Virus record (IMG/VR): IMGVR_UViG_3300005326_000121
Location: 1 to 25,193 of that record
Direction: 5' to 3' (one strand)
Source: a virus
Lineage: Duplodnaviria > Caudoviricetes
DNA: 25,193 bases
A program made the translations under genes and the position numbers. Positions within the stretch are counted from its first letter, which is position 1; the number at the start of each line of letters is the position of its first letter. Positions 9,359 through 16,748 of this stretch are shown here, piece after piece. The notes under the pieces are model-generated. The model had not been told where the DNA came from and did not search any database. It worked only from the letters and a program-made list of their open reading frames with translations.

Positions 9359-9579
9359 CAGCCCCTCCCCGTGCCGGACGGCATGAGCCTCAGGGGCCGC
9401 TCGGCCTTGATCCGCCCGTAGAGCGCCCAGATGAGCCCGACGACGACCGAGGCCTCATCGAGCATTTGCCCGAGGGCGTCGGAATCCACGGCAATGCCCA
9501 GGCGCGGCGCGAAATGGGCCAGGGCCATGAGAATCAGCCCCTGAACGGTCCTGCTCGAAAGAATGTGCTTTGGCTTCAT
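9358..9579 (-). CDS. Putative holin (two TM segments)
   Basis: K.ILSSRTVQGLIL...VVGLIWALYGRIKA pattern; GAGGG RBS. Confidence 0.65.
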   Translation of the reverse strand: MKPKHILSSRTVQGLILMALAHFAPRLGIAVDSDALGQMLDEASVVVGLIWALYGRIKAERPLRLMPSGTGRG

Positions 9580-9814
9580 ATGCTGCCCTCTGCGTGGTTA
9601 TTCGGTTTGTGCCGGGATGAACGGGGAGAGGGGAGGATGGGCGCCGCGTCCCGGGGGTGCTCGAACACGGCGCCCGGAGTATGAGAAGCGATGAGTCCCG
9701 GCGCAACGAGGGCAGAATATCGCCTCCCGCCGGGCAGCCAAGCGAAACATGAGGGTACGTGATGCAAGTGGTTGTTTTTAAAAGCGATTGTTTTTGCGCA
9801 GAACAATCATTATC

Positions 9815-9841
9815 AAAAAAGCCGCTCCAGATGGGGCGGCT
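9815..9841 (-). terminator. Rho-independent terminator between early/middle and late regions
   Basis: Minus strand AGCCGCCCCA-TC-TGGAGCGGCT followed by T-run. Confidence 0.7.
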
Positions 9842-9922
9842 CTACAGCGCTTCTTTATGGGGGTGGCGGAACGATTGAGATGTGGTAAATATAACCGTCA
9901 TCCAATACGGAAGGAGATGCTC

Positions 9923-10339
9923 ATGGGTGTTGCGGCGGTCGAGGGCGCTTTGGCTTTCGGACAATTTGCCTCGGAGCTTCAAAGGGTGCTGCGCGGCCTG
10001 GCCGGAGGATGGCCAGCCCTTCTGCCGGCCGCGCTCCATCTGGCGCGCATGGAGCGGGGAAGCCGCCTGACCCTTGCAAAGGTGAGGAGCGCCATGGCGC
10101 TCTGCGCGGAGCTCTGCCACGAAGGAGCCTGCCTTGGCAGGCTTTTGGAGCACGCCGCCTTGATCCGGGATCTCCACGCGGAGATATACGGCCGCATGGC
10201 GGCGTTTCCCCTTGGATTTCTGTTCAGAAAACGGGTCGAGCTCTCGCTCCATGAATGGGACAATCTGGTGGAGGACTGCGCCGTGGCCTCCGATCCCGAA
10301 ATCCGTGAAATGCTCATCGAGCTGGCCGGCCGGATGTGA
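9923..10339 (+). CDS. Putative antitoxin (138 aa, helical, family not recognised)
   Basis: AAGGAG RBS; TGATG overlap with downstream RelE-like toxin gene. Confidence 0.65.
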   Translation: MGVAAVEGALAFGQFASELQRVLRGLAGGWPALLPAALHLARMERGSRLTLAKVRSAMALCAELCHEGACLGRLLEHAALIRDLHAEIYGRMAAFPLGFLFRKRVELSLHEWDNLVEDCAVASDPEIREMLIELAGRM

Positions 10340-10692
10340 TGGCCTGCACCATCGAGCGCTCATCGGCATACGAGATCCATCTTCGCGATCTGCTCAAGAC
10401 CTATCCCCGGAGCCGCTCCACCATCGAATCGCTTATCTCAGGGCTTGCCGATCAGCCCGAGCAGGGAGATGTGTATCCGGGATTCGGCCCGGCGCAGGTC
10501 CGCAAGGTGCGTATCGCCCTGCCCGAATATCGCCTGGGACAGAGCTCCGGAGTGCGCCTCCTCTATCTTTTCAAACCGCAATCCGGCAAGATTCTGCTTC
10601 TGGCGATATACCGCAAGGGCGCAATCAAGGCGGAGCACGAAGTGATCCGCCTTATCAAAAAAGCGCTCAAGGAAGAGCTCGGGAAGAATTGA
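10339..10692 (+). CDS. RelE/HigB-family type II toxin
   Basis: LADQPEQGDVYPG..VRKVRI...GQSSGVRLLY...ILLLAIYRKG resembles the HigB-2/RelE pattern. Confidence 0.8.
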   Translation: MACTIERSSAYEIHLRDLLKTYPRSRSTIESLISGLADQPEQGDVYPGFGPAQVRKVRIALPEYRLGQSSGVRLLYLFKPQSGKILLLAIYRKGAIKAEHEVIRLIKKALKEELGKN

Positions 10693-10811
10693 GGGAGGGC
10701 CGCCATTGCCCGCCGAGAGGTGGCGGCCGTATCGTTTCGAGCAACGGGCGGAATCTCTTCCGCTTCTCCGGGTACTGGGCTGTTCCCCTGTGCTCCTCGG
10801 CGCATACTCGG

Positions 10812-10902
10812 ACTCAACGCCCCAAAATCAGCGGCGCGGCCTGCGGTCTCCGGGGGAGAACCACAGGCTGTCTCCGCGTCCGCTGCATTTTGCTGGTTAG
10901 AC
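10812..10902 (-). other. Integron attC site (91 bp)
   Basis: Minus strand: GTCTAAC CAGC AAAAT[G]CAGCGG[A]CGCGG...CCGCG CCGCTG ATTTT GGGGC GTTGAGT; R''/L''/L'/R' layout with two extrahelical bases, 5 nt after a stop codon. Confidence 0.85.
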
Positions 10903-10907
10903 GGATA

Positions 10908-11213
10908 CTATAGAATCAGGCTTTCGCCCTCTTTGAACACCTTGAGACTCTTTTTGTACCGGAAGACCGTCACCACCGTGCACGTGGCCAGGTCCACCAC
11001 GAAGATGGACGTCGGCCCCTTGCCGGGAGGCACCGCCGCCACAAGGTTTTCCCTGGCCTCGGTGATGCGCCCCGAAAGCGCCCGCTTGATGAACCGATCC
11101 TCGTGGAAGGTCTCGGTCTTGAGGCCGTAAATCTCCTTCAGGCGGATCACCGCGTAGCGCGAGAGCTTTACCGCCTCGCAGTAGGTGGCGACCGTCTGTC
11201 CTTTGAGGTTCAT
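10908..11213 (-). CDS. Hypothetical protein, weak DUF4258/RelE-like pattern
   Basis: VKLSRYAVIRLKE...IFVVDLATCTVVTVF; ATGA-coupled to upstream gene. Confidence 0.6.
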   Translation of the reverse strand: MNLKGQTVATYCEAVKLSRYAVIRLKEIYGLKTETFHEDRFIKRALSGRITEARENLVAAVPPGKGPTSIFVVDLATCTVVTVFRYKKSLKVFKEGESLIL

Positions 11214-11488
11214 GGCGCATCTCCCGTGAGGGCTTCATAGGCTTCGTCCACGGCTTCCCGGACGATGCCCAGAATCAAGGCGAGGCCGTCCGCCTCCCGG
11301 TTGGTAAGCGGAACCTCCATGGACATTTCGGGGCCTACGGTCGGAGCCCACTGAAGCACCGAGTGCCGAAGAAAGGCCAGCATGCCGTCCGCCGCCATGA
11401 GCGCGTCTCCGGGGTGACTTGAGCCGGTGATCTGCTCCATAAGAGAGCCCGGCTTGAGCTTCGGTACGGGGCAGGGGTTAGTTGACAT
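11210..11488 (-). CDS. Hypothetical protein downstream of antirepressor
   Basis: 92 aa; AAGGA RBS; overlaps both neighbours. Confidence 0.65.
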   Translation of the reverse strand: MSTNPCPVPKLKPGSLMEQITGSSHPGDALMAADGMLAFLRHSVLQWAPTVGPEMSMEVPLTNREADGLALILGIVREAVDEAYEALTGDAP

Positions 11489-12170
11489 GATTGTCCTTCC
11501 TTGAAAAGAGAGCAGGAAGGTTCTCCGTCATGCGGCGTATTCGGGCATTGGCCGGACCGTGATCGGGGAAAAATAGTTTGAAAGGCTTCATTTCATGCTC
11601 AAGCCGCTTTGCCTGCTCCACGGTAAGACCCACTGCTCCGGCCGCCTCCGCCTGATAAAGCCCTAAGTAACGGAAATTGCAATACCGGGTGAAATCCTCG
11701 GAAGAGAGGCCGAATCGACCCAGTAAGGCATTGATGCCAAACCCAAGGCTGAGGCCCGAGGGTGGAGATAGGGGAAGCTGGATGGGCTTGCCCTCAGGCA
11801 GGGCTGCCGTGATAGCCTGCTTTAATTCCCTCACATGCCCAGGTAGCCTAGCAAGCCACACGCGCAACTCCTTGGCCGCAGGGGATTGACCGAACATGGC
11901 GAGGAGGTAGGCACCCGTTTCATCGAAAACCCGATGGGGCCTGGCGTGGCCATCTCCTTGGGCCCTCATGGTGAGGGTGCGGGTGTGAGGCTCAAGCTCT
12001 TCTTTATTTCGTGCATAAAGATTCTGCACAGCCTTGGTAGGGTCGGCAAACCCAAGGGCCATGCCAAGATCCACTCCCGGAACGTAGTCGCGCCCCTCAA
12101 TATGGACAACGCGAACCGGGACGCCGTTGAAATGATGGATGCTAATGGTGAAGTCCTTGTTCTTTTCCAT
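11478..12170 (-). CDS. Bro-N domain phage antirepressor
   Basis: FNGVPVRVVHIEGRDYVPGVDLGMALGF...VFDETGAYLLAMFGQSPAAKELRVWL. Confidence 0.85.
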   Translation of the reverse strand: MEKNKDFTISIHHFNGVPVRVVHIEGRDYVPGVDLGMALGFADPTKAVQNLYARNKEELEPHTRTLTMRAQGDGHARPHRVFDETGAYLLAMFGQSPAAKELRVWLARLPGHVRELKQAITAALPEGKPIQLPLSPPSGLSLGFGINALLGRFGLSSEDFTRYCNFRYLGLYQAEAAGAVGLTVEQAKRLEHEMKPFKLFFPDHGPANARIRRMTENLPALFSRKDNHVN

Positions 12171-12223
12171 GTCTTGTCTCCATTTTATTCAAGCTGTCCG
12201 GAGCCCCCCGCAGAAAACAAAAA

Positions 12224-12389
12224 TCCCGAAGACTTGCTTGCACCAAAATGGAAGTGCCCCCGTCCTTGCGGATGCGGGGAGTCTCCGGGATCATAGTTCC
12301 GGCCTGAAATAAAAAAGGCCACTGACGGGGGCAACCGCCATTTTGTTGCAAGCCCCATCAGCCTACGGGATGCCCGGCAGCGATGTCAA
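12224..12389 (-). promoter_or_regulatory. Promoter plus structured leader of the antirepressor operon (c4/ash-like antisense pairing)
   Basis: TTGACA-18 nt-TAGGCT (12389-12360); long inverted repeat 12236-12264/12324-12353; second pair 12224-12234/12280-12290; T-run after GGCC. Confidence 0.6.
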
Positions 12390-12407
12390 ACGGTTTTTAC
12401 GGAATGA

Positions 12408-12731
12408 TCAGTGAATCCGGTGCAGCACATCCCGGCAGGGATTACGCCTGAATTTGTCCGGGATGCGCTCGGAGGCGGCTTCGAGCTCATCCATTGTCAT
12501 GCCGAGCCCCTTGCAGAGGGTTTCCGCGCTGTAGCAGGGCTCGCCGTTCTCGTCGAAGTAATCGGGCTTGACGTCCGGGAAAAACATCCTGAAGCCTGCT
12601 GCCATCTTCTCCCTGATCTCGGGAGGCCCGTTCTCCATGCAGTATTGCAGGGCATCCAGCCCGGCCTCGCTCTCAAGCCCCTCGCGCTCGATAACCGCCA
12701 TAGCTTCCTGCAAGGACGAAAACTCTGTCAT
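12408..12731 (-). CDS. Hypothetical protein with putative DNA-binding motif
   Basis: GGAGG RBS; FDENGEPCYSAETLCKGLGMTMDEL resembles wHTH/antirepressor N-domain. Confidence 0.7.
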   Translation of the reverse strand: MTEFSSLQEAMAVIEREGLESEAGLDALQYCMENGPPEIREKMAAGFRMFFPDVKPDYFDENGEPCYSAETLCKGLGMTMDELEAASERIPDKFRRNPCRDVLHRIH

Positions 12732-12798
12732 GACTACCCCTCCCTATGAACATGCAATTTGCGCTTTTTGACAAACCGGCACGGACTGCCGGTGATCC

Positions 12799-12907
12799 GT
12801 CTAACGCAAGATTAAGCAGCGGCGCCGAAATACCATGGACTGCCGCTGACACCACCGACTTTCACTCGCCCACGGATTGCGCCGTCTGCTTCAATCTCTG
12901 GTTAGCG
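12799..12907 (-). other. Integron attC site (109 bp)
   Basis: Minus strand: CGCTAAC CAGAG ATT[G]AAGCAG[A]CGGCGC...GCGCCG CTG CTTAAT CTTGC GTTAGAC; the ORF stop codon lies within R''. Confidence 0.88.
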
Positions 12908-13081
12908 TCTGTGGATATAGTACGGCATCAAAAACGGACTTAGCCCGGCCAAGCCAAAGAGTGCACCCAAGACCTCTCTCTCCACCTGGCGTTTACTCGG
13001 CTTCCTCCTCTTGGTCCTGCCGGCGACGATAGCCTGAGCCTTTCGCTCTTCCGCTGAGCCTCTTCTTTTGGCTTCTCCCAT
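12902..13081 (-). CDS. 59-aa basic cassette-encoded protein (MGEAKRRG..., hydrophobic C-terminus); absent from ORF track
   Basis: MGEAKRRGSAEERKAQAIVAGRTKRRKPSKRQVEREVLGALFGLAGLSPFLMPYYIHRR*; ATG 15 nt after GTTAGCG, TAA inside attC R''. Confidence 0.7.
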   Translation of the reverse strand: MGEAKRRGSAEERKAQAIVAGRTKRRKPSKRQVEREVLGALFGLAGLSPFLMPYYIHRR

Positions 13082-13096
13082 CTCTCACTTCCCTTC

Positions 13097-13245
13097 CGCT
13101 AACAAGGATTAGACGGCTCAAGGCCGTTTACCCAATAATTGCACCATGCGCATCTCCTACACCTCGTTCATCGACATCTCGTTCATGGCTGTTATGTTCC
13201 ACGTGAAACATCAGCCATTTTGTCAACTATCACTATGGGTTAGCT
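13097..13245 (-). other. Degenerate/composite attC-like site heading the cassette array
   Basis: Minus strand AGCTAAC (13245-13239)...hairpin TAAACGGC/GCCGTCTA...ATCCTT GTTAGCG (13103-13097); L boxes poorly conserved. Confidence 0.45.
13195..13210. promoter_or_regulatory. parS-consensus palindrome TGTTCCACGTGAAACA
   Basis: Exact match to the bacterial chromosomal parS consensus TGTTNCACGTGAAACA, flanked by ATGGCTG/CAGCCAT arms. Confidence 0.75.
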
Positions 13246-13262
13246 CCAAACGAGTATACTTG

Positions 13263-13940
13263 TCATCTCTTCGTGTGCTTCCCGCACGCCTTTGCCGGAT
13301 CGACGGACCGCACGGCCTTTGGATCGAGCCGGCACCATCTGGGCACTTCAAAATGCTTGCAGGTGTGGCAGTTGAGCTTTTTATCGGCATCGAACGCCTT
13401 GCCCAGCGCTTCGGCAAGGGCGCGGATATCGCCTTTCGTGGCCCGAGCCTCCCCAGTCTCCTCGGGCGCCGATGCCGCCTCCAGCGCACCGAAAACGAAG
13501 CTTCTACCCTCCCTTTGCTTTCTTGACTCGTCCGTCCGCTCGGCCTGGGCGGCAAGTGGCCTTGCCTTGCTCCAGGCCGTGTGGCGTATGTAGTTGTGGT
13601 CCTTTAGGTGCTCTAGTCTCGGCTCCCGCTCGATTGCCGCCCGCATCGCCTCGGCCCATATTTCGGGAGGGCAGGGGCGCTCCTCGGATTTCTCCCACCG
13701 CACGCGGCCGGGAGCCACCAGGTCGCGCAGCGAGGATAGGATTGTCAGTGTCCGCTTGCTCGTCAGGCTGCGCTTTTCGGAGCGAAAAAGCCCCAGGTAC
13801 TCCCATAGATCCCGGTGAAGGACCTGGGGCAGCTCGTTTCGCGCCAGCATGATTACCTGCTTCCAGCCTATGGCCTCGAGGAAAGCCTCCAGCTCCCCCA
13901 TGTAGCCTCAGCACGGGCACTGGCACATGAAGGGGCTCAC
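13263..13940 (-). CDS. Mu-like early protein (YLGLFR family) with in-frame TGA at codon 11; open from ATG 13901
   Basis: GTG 13940 overlaps the gam stop (GTGA); reads MSPFMCQCPC*GYMGELEAF...EYLGLFRSEKRSLT; C-terminal Cys cluster. Confidence 0.7.
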
Positions 13941-14455
13941 ACCGCGGCCTCGCTAAGCGCTTCCTCGAAGGGCTTGACCTCGAAGTCCTCGCTCTGGCTT
14001 ATGGAGAGCCCCTTTATCGCAACAATCGCCTCGGGCTCGTTCAATATGGCCTCCTTGTTGAGCTCCTCCTTTTCCCTGATAAAGCGCGTGAGCCCGAGCC
14101 GTCTCAACTGATCCAGGACAGCCTCGACGCCTCGCGTCACGACCTTGGGAGGCGTCGTGCGCCAGGAGACGACTCCGGTTTCAAGGGATGCGCTTTTCAC
14201 TTTCCCCCCTTGCGTAAGAGCGTCCCGGTTGGCCTCGCACCAGATCCTGACCCCGTGGGTCAGCGCCTCGATCGCCGCGCCGTGGGGCCGCGCCGCCTCT
14301 TCATATCTGGCCTTGATCACGGACATTTCATCGTTCATGGCCGTCTCCAGGCGCGTTACCTCCCTCTGCCGCCTGCCGATTTCGGCGATTGCCGATACCG
14401 CCTGCTCGCGGCTCTGGGGAACACCGTAAGGCGATGCCTTCTCCTTTGCCCTCAT
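13937..14455 (-). CDS. gam: Mu Gam-like host-nuclease inhibitor
   Basis: WCEANRDALTQGGKVKSASLETGVVSWRTTPPKV...FIREKEELNKEAIL...EDFEVKPFE. Confidence 0.93.
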   Translation of the reverse strand: MRAKEKASPYGVPQSREQAVSAIAEIGRRQREVTRLETAMNDEMSVIKARYEEAARPHGAAIEALTHGVRIWCEANRDALTQGGKVKSASLETGVVSWRTTPPKVVTRGVEAVLDQLRRLGLTRFIREKEELNKEAILNEPEAIVAIKGLSISQSEDFEVKPFEEALSEAAV

Positions 14456-14808
14456 GCCTCGCCTCCCGCCTCATCGGCCGCATTCGCCGCATTCCCGCAG
14501 GCGCACGCGGCGCACTCCCGAAGCTCCGTTAAAACTGGAACGGCTGCCTCCGCCCGCTTGAGCTCCCAGACGATCTGGTTGCCGAGAGGCCGCATGTCGT
14601 CTTCCGCCCGGAGCCTGAGCCCCTGAAGGATGTGCGGCGCCAGGCTAAAATCGACCGTAACCTGGAGCCCGGCCGCATCGCCGTTTGCTCCCAGCGCCTT
14701 CTCCCTTGCCATCTCATCGGCGTAGCAGGGCGAGCAGAGCCCGCGAGCCTTGATGAGCCTTTCCCGATTGCACTTCCTGCAAACCCCCATTTTGGAGCTT
14801 CCACCCAT
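14452..14808 (-). CDS. Zn-finger protein with possible ribbon-helix-helix region
   Basis: CRKC...ARGLCSPCY; VTVDFS...LRLRAEDDMRPLGNQIVWEL; AAGGAG RBS. Confidence 0.7.
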   Translation of the reverse strand: MGGSSKMGVCRKCNRERLIKARGLCSPCYADEMAREKALGANGDAAGLQVTVDFSLAPHILQGLRLRAEDDMRPLGNQIVWELKRAEAAVPVLTELRECAACACGNAANAADEAGGEA

Positions 14809-14910
14809 GTATGCTTCTCCTTCATCCGGTGTTGCCCGTTCGTCCTTATCCGGGGTAGAAAGACCGGTGAAGCCGGGTCTTTTCCACCCCGCGCCTGGCG
14901 CGATACCGGC

Positions 14911-15552
14911 TTATGCCCTGGCAGGTCCGGCCGGCGTCGCGCCCTCCTCACCTTCATTTTTCCGGGATATCGCGCAATTTTTTTCCGTCGCGCACAGACG
15001 GCAGACCCAGACCTTTTTTCCCTTGAGCCTGCGGTACTCCCCGTACACGGAAAAATCCCGGCATACGCCGCACTGCGTTGAAGCCCGCCGCATGTCCGCG
15101 GCATTGTTGAAGTCCTCGACCGTCGAATCGAGGATCGAGAGCAGCTCCTTCTGGAATCCGCTCGAAAAATGCCCCATCCGCTTCAGCATGAGCGATCTCA
15201 AAAAACTTCTTTCGGATTTGTCGAGCACCCCGGACCTCCTTCCTGTCTGCCTGTGTTCCTTCAGGGGCTTCGCCCCGCCGCGGCTTTTGCGCTTCCTCGA
15301 TGCCGCCGGACCGGGCGCGGCAGCATCCACGCCCGGCTCCTTCCGCGCGCATCGGGCCTCGACTGCGTCCCTGAGCGCCGAAACATCGCTATCGTCGAGC
15401 TCGCCCCGCGCAGCAGCCTCTCCCGCCGGGCAATCCCAGCAGCCCGGATAGCGGATCTGCCTTATCGCCGGGTTATAGCCCGCCACTGTCGCCCCCTGGT
15501 TTGCAAGGCACCTTTCGACCGTTATGGTTGCGTGCATCCTCTCGCATCTCAT
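14911..15552 (-). CDS. Cys-rich hypothetical protein (several CxxC pairs)
   Basis: CWDC, CGVC, CRLC motifs; GAGGT RBS. Confidence 0.7.
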   Translation of the reverse strand: MRCERMHATITVERCLANQGATVAGYNPAIRQIRYPGCWDCPAGEAAARGELDDSDVSALRDAVEARCARKEPGVDAAAPGPAASRKRKSRGGAKPLKEHRQTGRRSGVLDKSERSFLRSLMLKRMGHFSSGFQKELLSILDSTVEDFNNAADMRRASTQCGVCRDFSVYGEYRRLKGKKVWVCRLCATEKNCAISRKNEGEEGATPAGPARA

Positions 15553-15556
15553 CGCC

Positions 15557-15781
15557 TTACCTCAAAGCCGCCCAATCGGGATGCGCGTCGTCCCGGTGAA
15601 GCCCGCGCCCCTTCATCGTCTTTACGCGCTCGTCGAACCCTTCGGGAAACTGCAGGTAATCGGCCAGCGACGCCCCCGTAAGGCGCCATATCCTCCGTTT
15701 CACGTACCTGCGCCTGAGGCGCTCCTGGCGCGAGAAGAACGCAAGGATCCGCTTTACCGGTCTTTTAAGCCAACCCGGCAT
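15557..15781 (-). CDS. Hypothetical basic protein
   Basis: 74 aa, tiles between neighbours; AAGGGG RBS. Confidence 0.55.
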   Translation of the reverse strand: MPGWLKRPVKRILAFFSRQERLRRRYVKRRIWRLTGASLADYLQFPEGFDERVKTMKGRGLHRDDAHPDWAALR

Positions 15782-16172
15782 GCATCCCCCTTCTCGGATG
15801 CACCTGAATAAAGGGCCTCCGTCCGTTTAAGTCGCACGGCATGCAGTACCACCACTCGACCGGCTCGAAATCCGCGCCGAACCATCCCCACCGCATCATG
15901 GGCTCCCCGCACAGGCGGCACCTCGGAGCCCCCGCATGCTCGCGCATGATCCCCTCGACGCAGCCGAGCGGGTGCGGAAGCTCGGCCCAGGCGATGATGC
16001 CGGGCCATTCCTCGGCCTGGCAGGCGTCGGCGTCGAGATCCCAAAACGCCCCGCCGTGGTGGAAGGCAAGCCCCACGTTGCCGCCATCGGTTACGAGCAC
16101 CGCGTCACGGTGCTCGGGCGGATTGCAGGCGGGATGAAACTCAAGCGTCCAAAAACGTCCCCACGCCCTCAA
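15765..16172 (-). CDS. Hypothetical protein, DUF551-like region plus Zn ribbon
   Basis: TTG start overlapping gemA stop with GGAGG RBS; PP..DAVLVTDG...IIAWAELPHP; CRLC...CMPC. Confidence 0.6.
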   Translation of the reverse strand: MRAWGRFWTLEFHPACNPPEHRDAVLVTDGGNVGLAFHHGGAFWDLDADACQAEEWPGIIAWAELPHPLGCVEGIMREHAGAPRCRLCGEPMMRWGWFGADFEPVEWWYCMPCDLNGRRPFIQVHPRRGMHAGLA

Positions 16173-16735
16173 TTTTTCCCTCCCTTCCCTGGATTCCCGC
16201 CAGGAGCGCGCGGGAATGACTGGACGCCTGCCGCGGCATCGCCGGCGCCCTTCCGGTCCAGGCGCTTTCCGTGGATGGATAGCGCCGCCGCGATTTTGTG
16301 CAGTTGCTCGAAGTCGCACCAGACAACCTTCTCCACCCCGAACATCCGCCGGGCCATCCCGTGGGCATACGCCCAGCCCTTTCCCTGGGCGGCCAGGAGA
16401 GCGCTTATCTTGGACATGAGCGGCTTTTTTTCAGGGGAGGGCTCAAGCCCCCGCTCCCACTGCAGGAATGCCGGTTTCTCGCTTACCCTGCTCGCCCTCG
16501 AGGGCGGCCAGCTTTTGCCCGCCGACTTGAATCCCAACGCCTCGAATCTTTTCATGCACTCCTCGAACTGTTCGGTTGTCAGATCCTTCGAGCTTTCCGC
16601 TCCGGAAACATCCCTGAGCATGTCCCGGTAGGCATCCTCCTCCATCCCCACCTTCGCTTTCGCCACGTGGATCAGGGCGATCTGCCTGCCGTTTACCGCT
16701 CCCACCCGCGTCTTTTTCGTCTGAGCATGAATCAT
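16169..16735 (-). CDS. gemA: GemA/gp16 family protein (DUF1018), copy 2
   Basis: QIALIHVAKAKVGMEEDAYRDML...SSKDLT...LMSKISALL...WAYAHGMARRMFGVEKVVW; AAGGAGG RBS. Confidence 0.9.
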   Translation of the reverse strand: MIHAQTKKTRVGAVNGRQIALIHVAKAKVGMEEDAYRDMLRDVSGAESSKDLTTEQFEECMKRFEALGFKSAGKSWPPSRASRVSEKPAFLQWERGLEPSPEKKPLMSKISALLAAQGKGWAYAHGMARRMFGVEKVVWCDFEQLHKIAAALSIHGKRLDRKGAGDAAAGVQSFPRAPGGNPGKGGKN

Positions 16736-16748
16736 TGCCCTTCCTCCT

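Noticed and set aside
9580-10817. TA operon as a third integron cassette beginning at GTTGAGT
   Set aside because: I found no matching ACTCAAC R'' box or attC-like fold downstream on the minus strand
13159-13188. Imperfect 15-bp tandem duplication (ACAYCTCGTTCAT) considered as CRISPR or mini-ORF MNEMSMNEV
   Set aside because: Only two units with no spacer; likely a local duplication
14851-14891. Long intergenic hairpin, considered as tRNA or attC
   Set aside because: No cloverleaf or T-loop and no AAC/GTT boxes; at most a processing or termination hairpin
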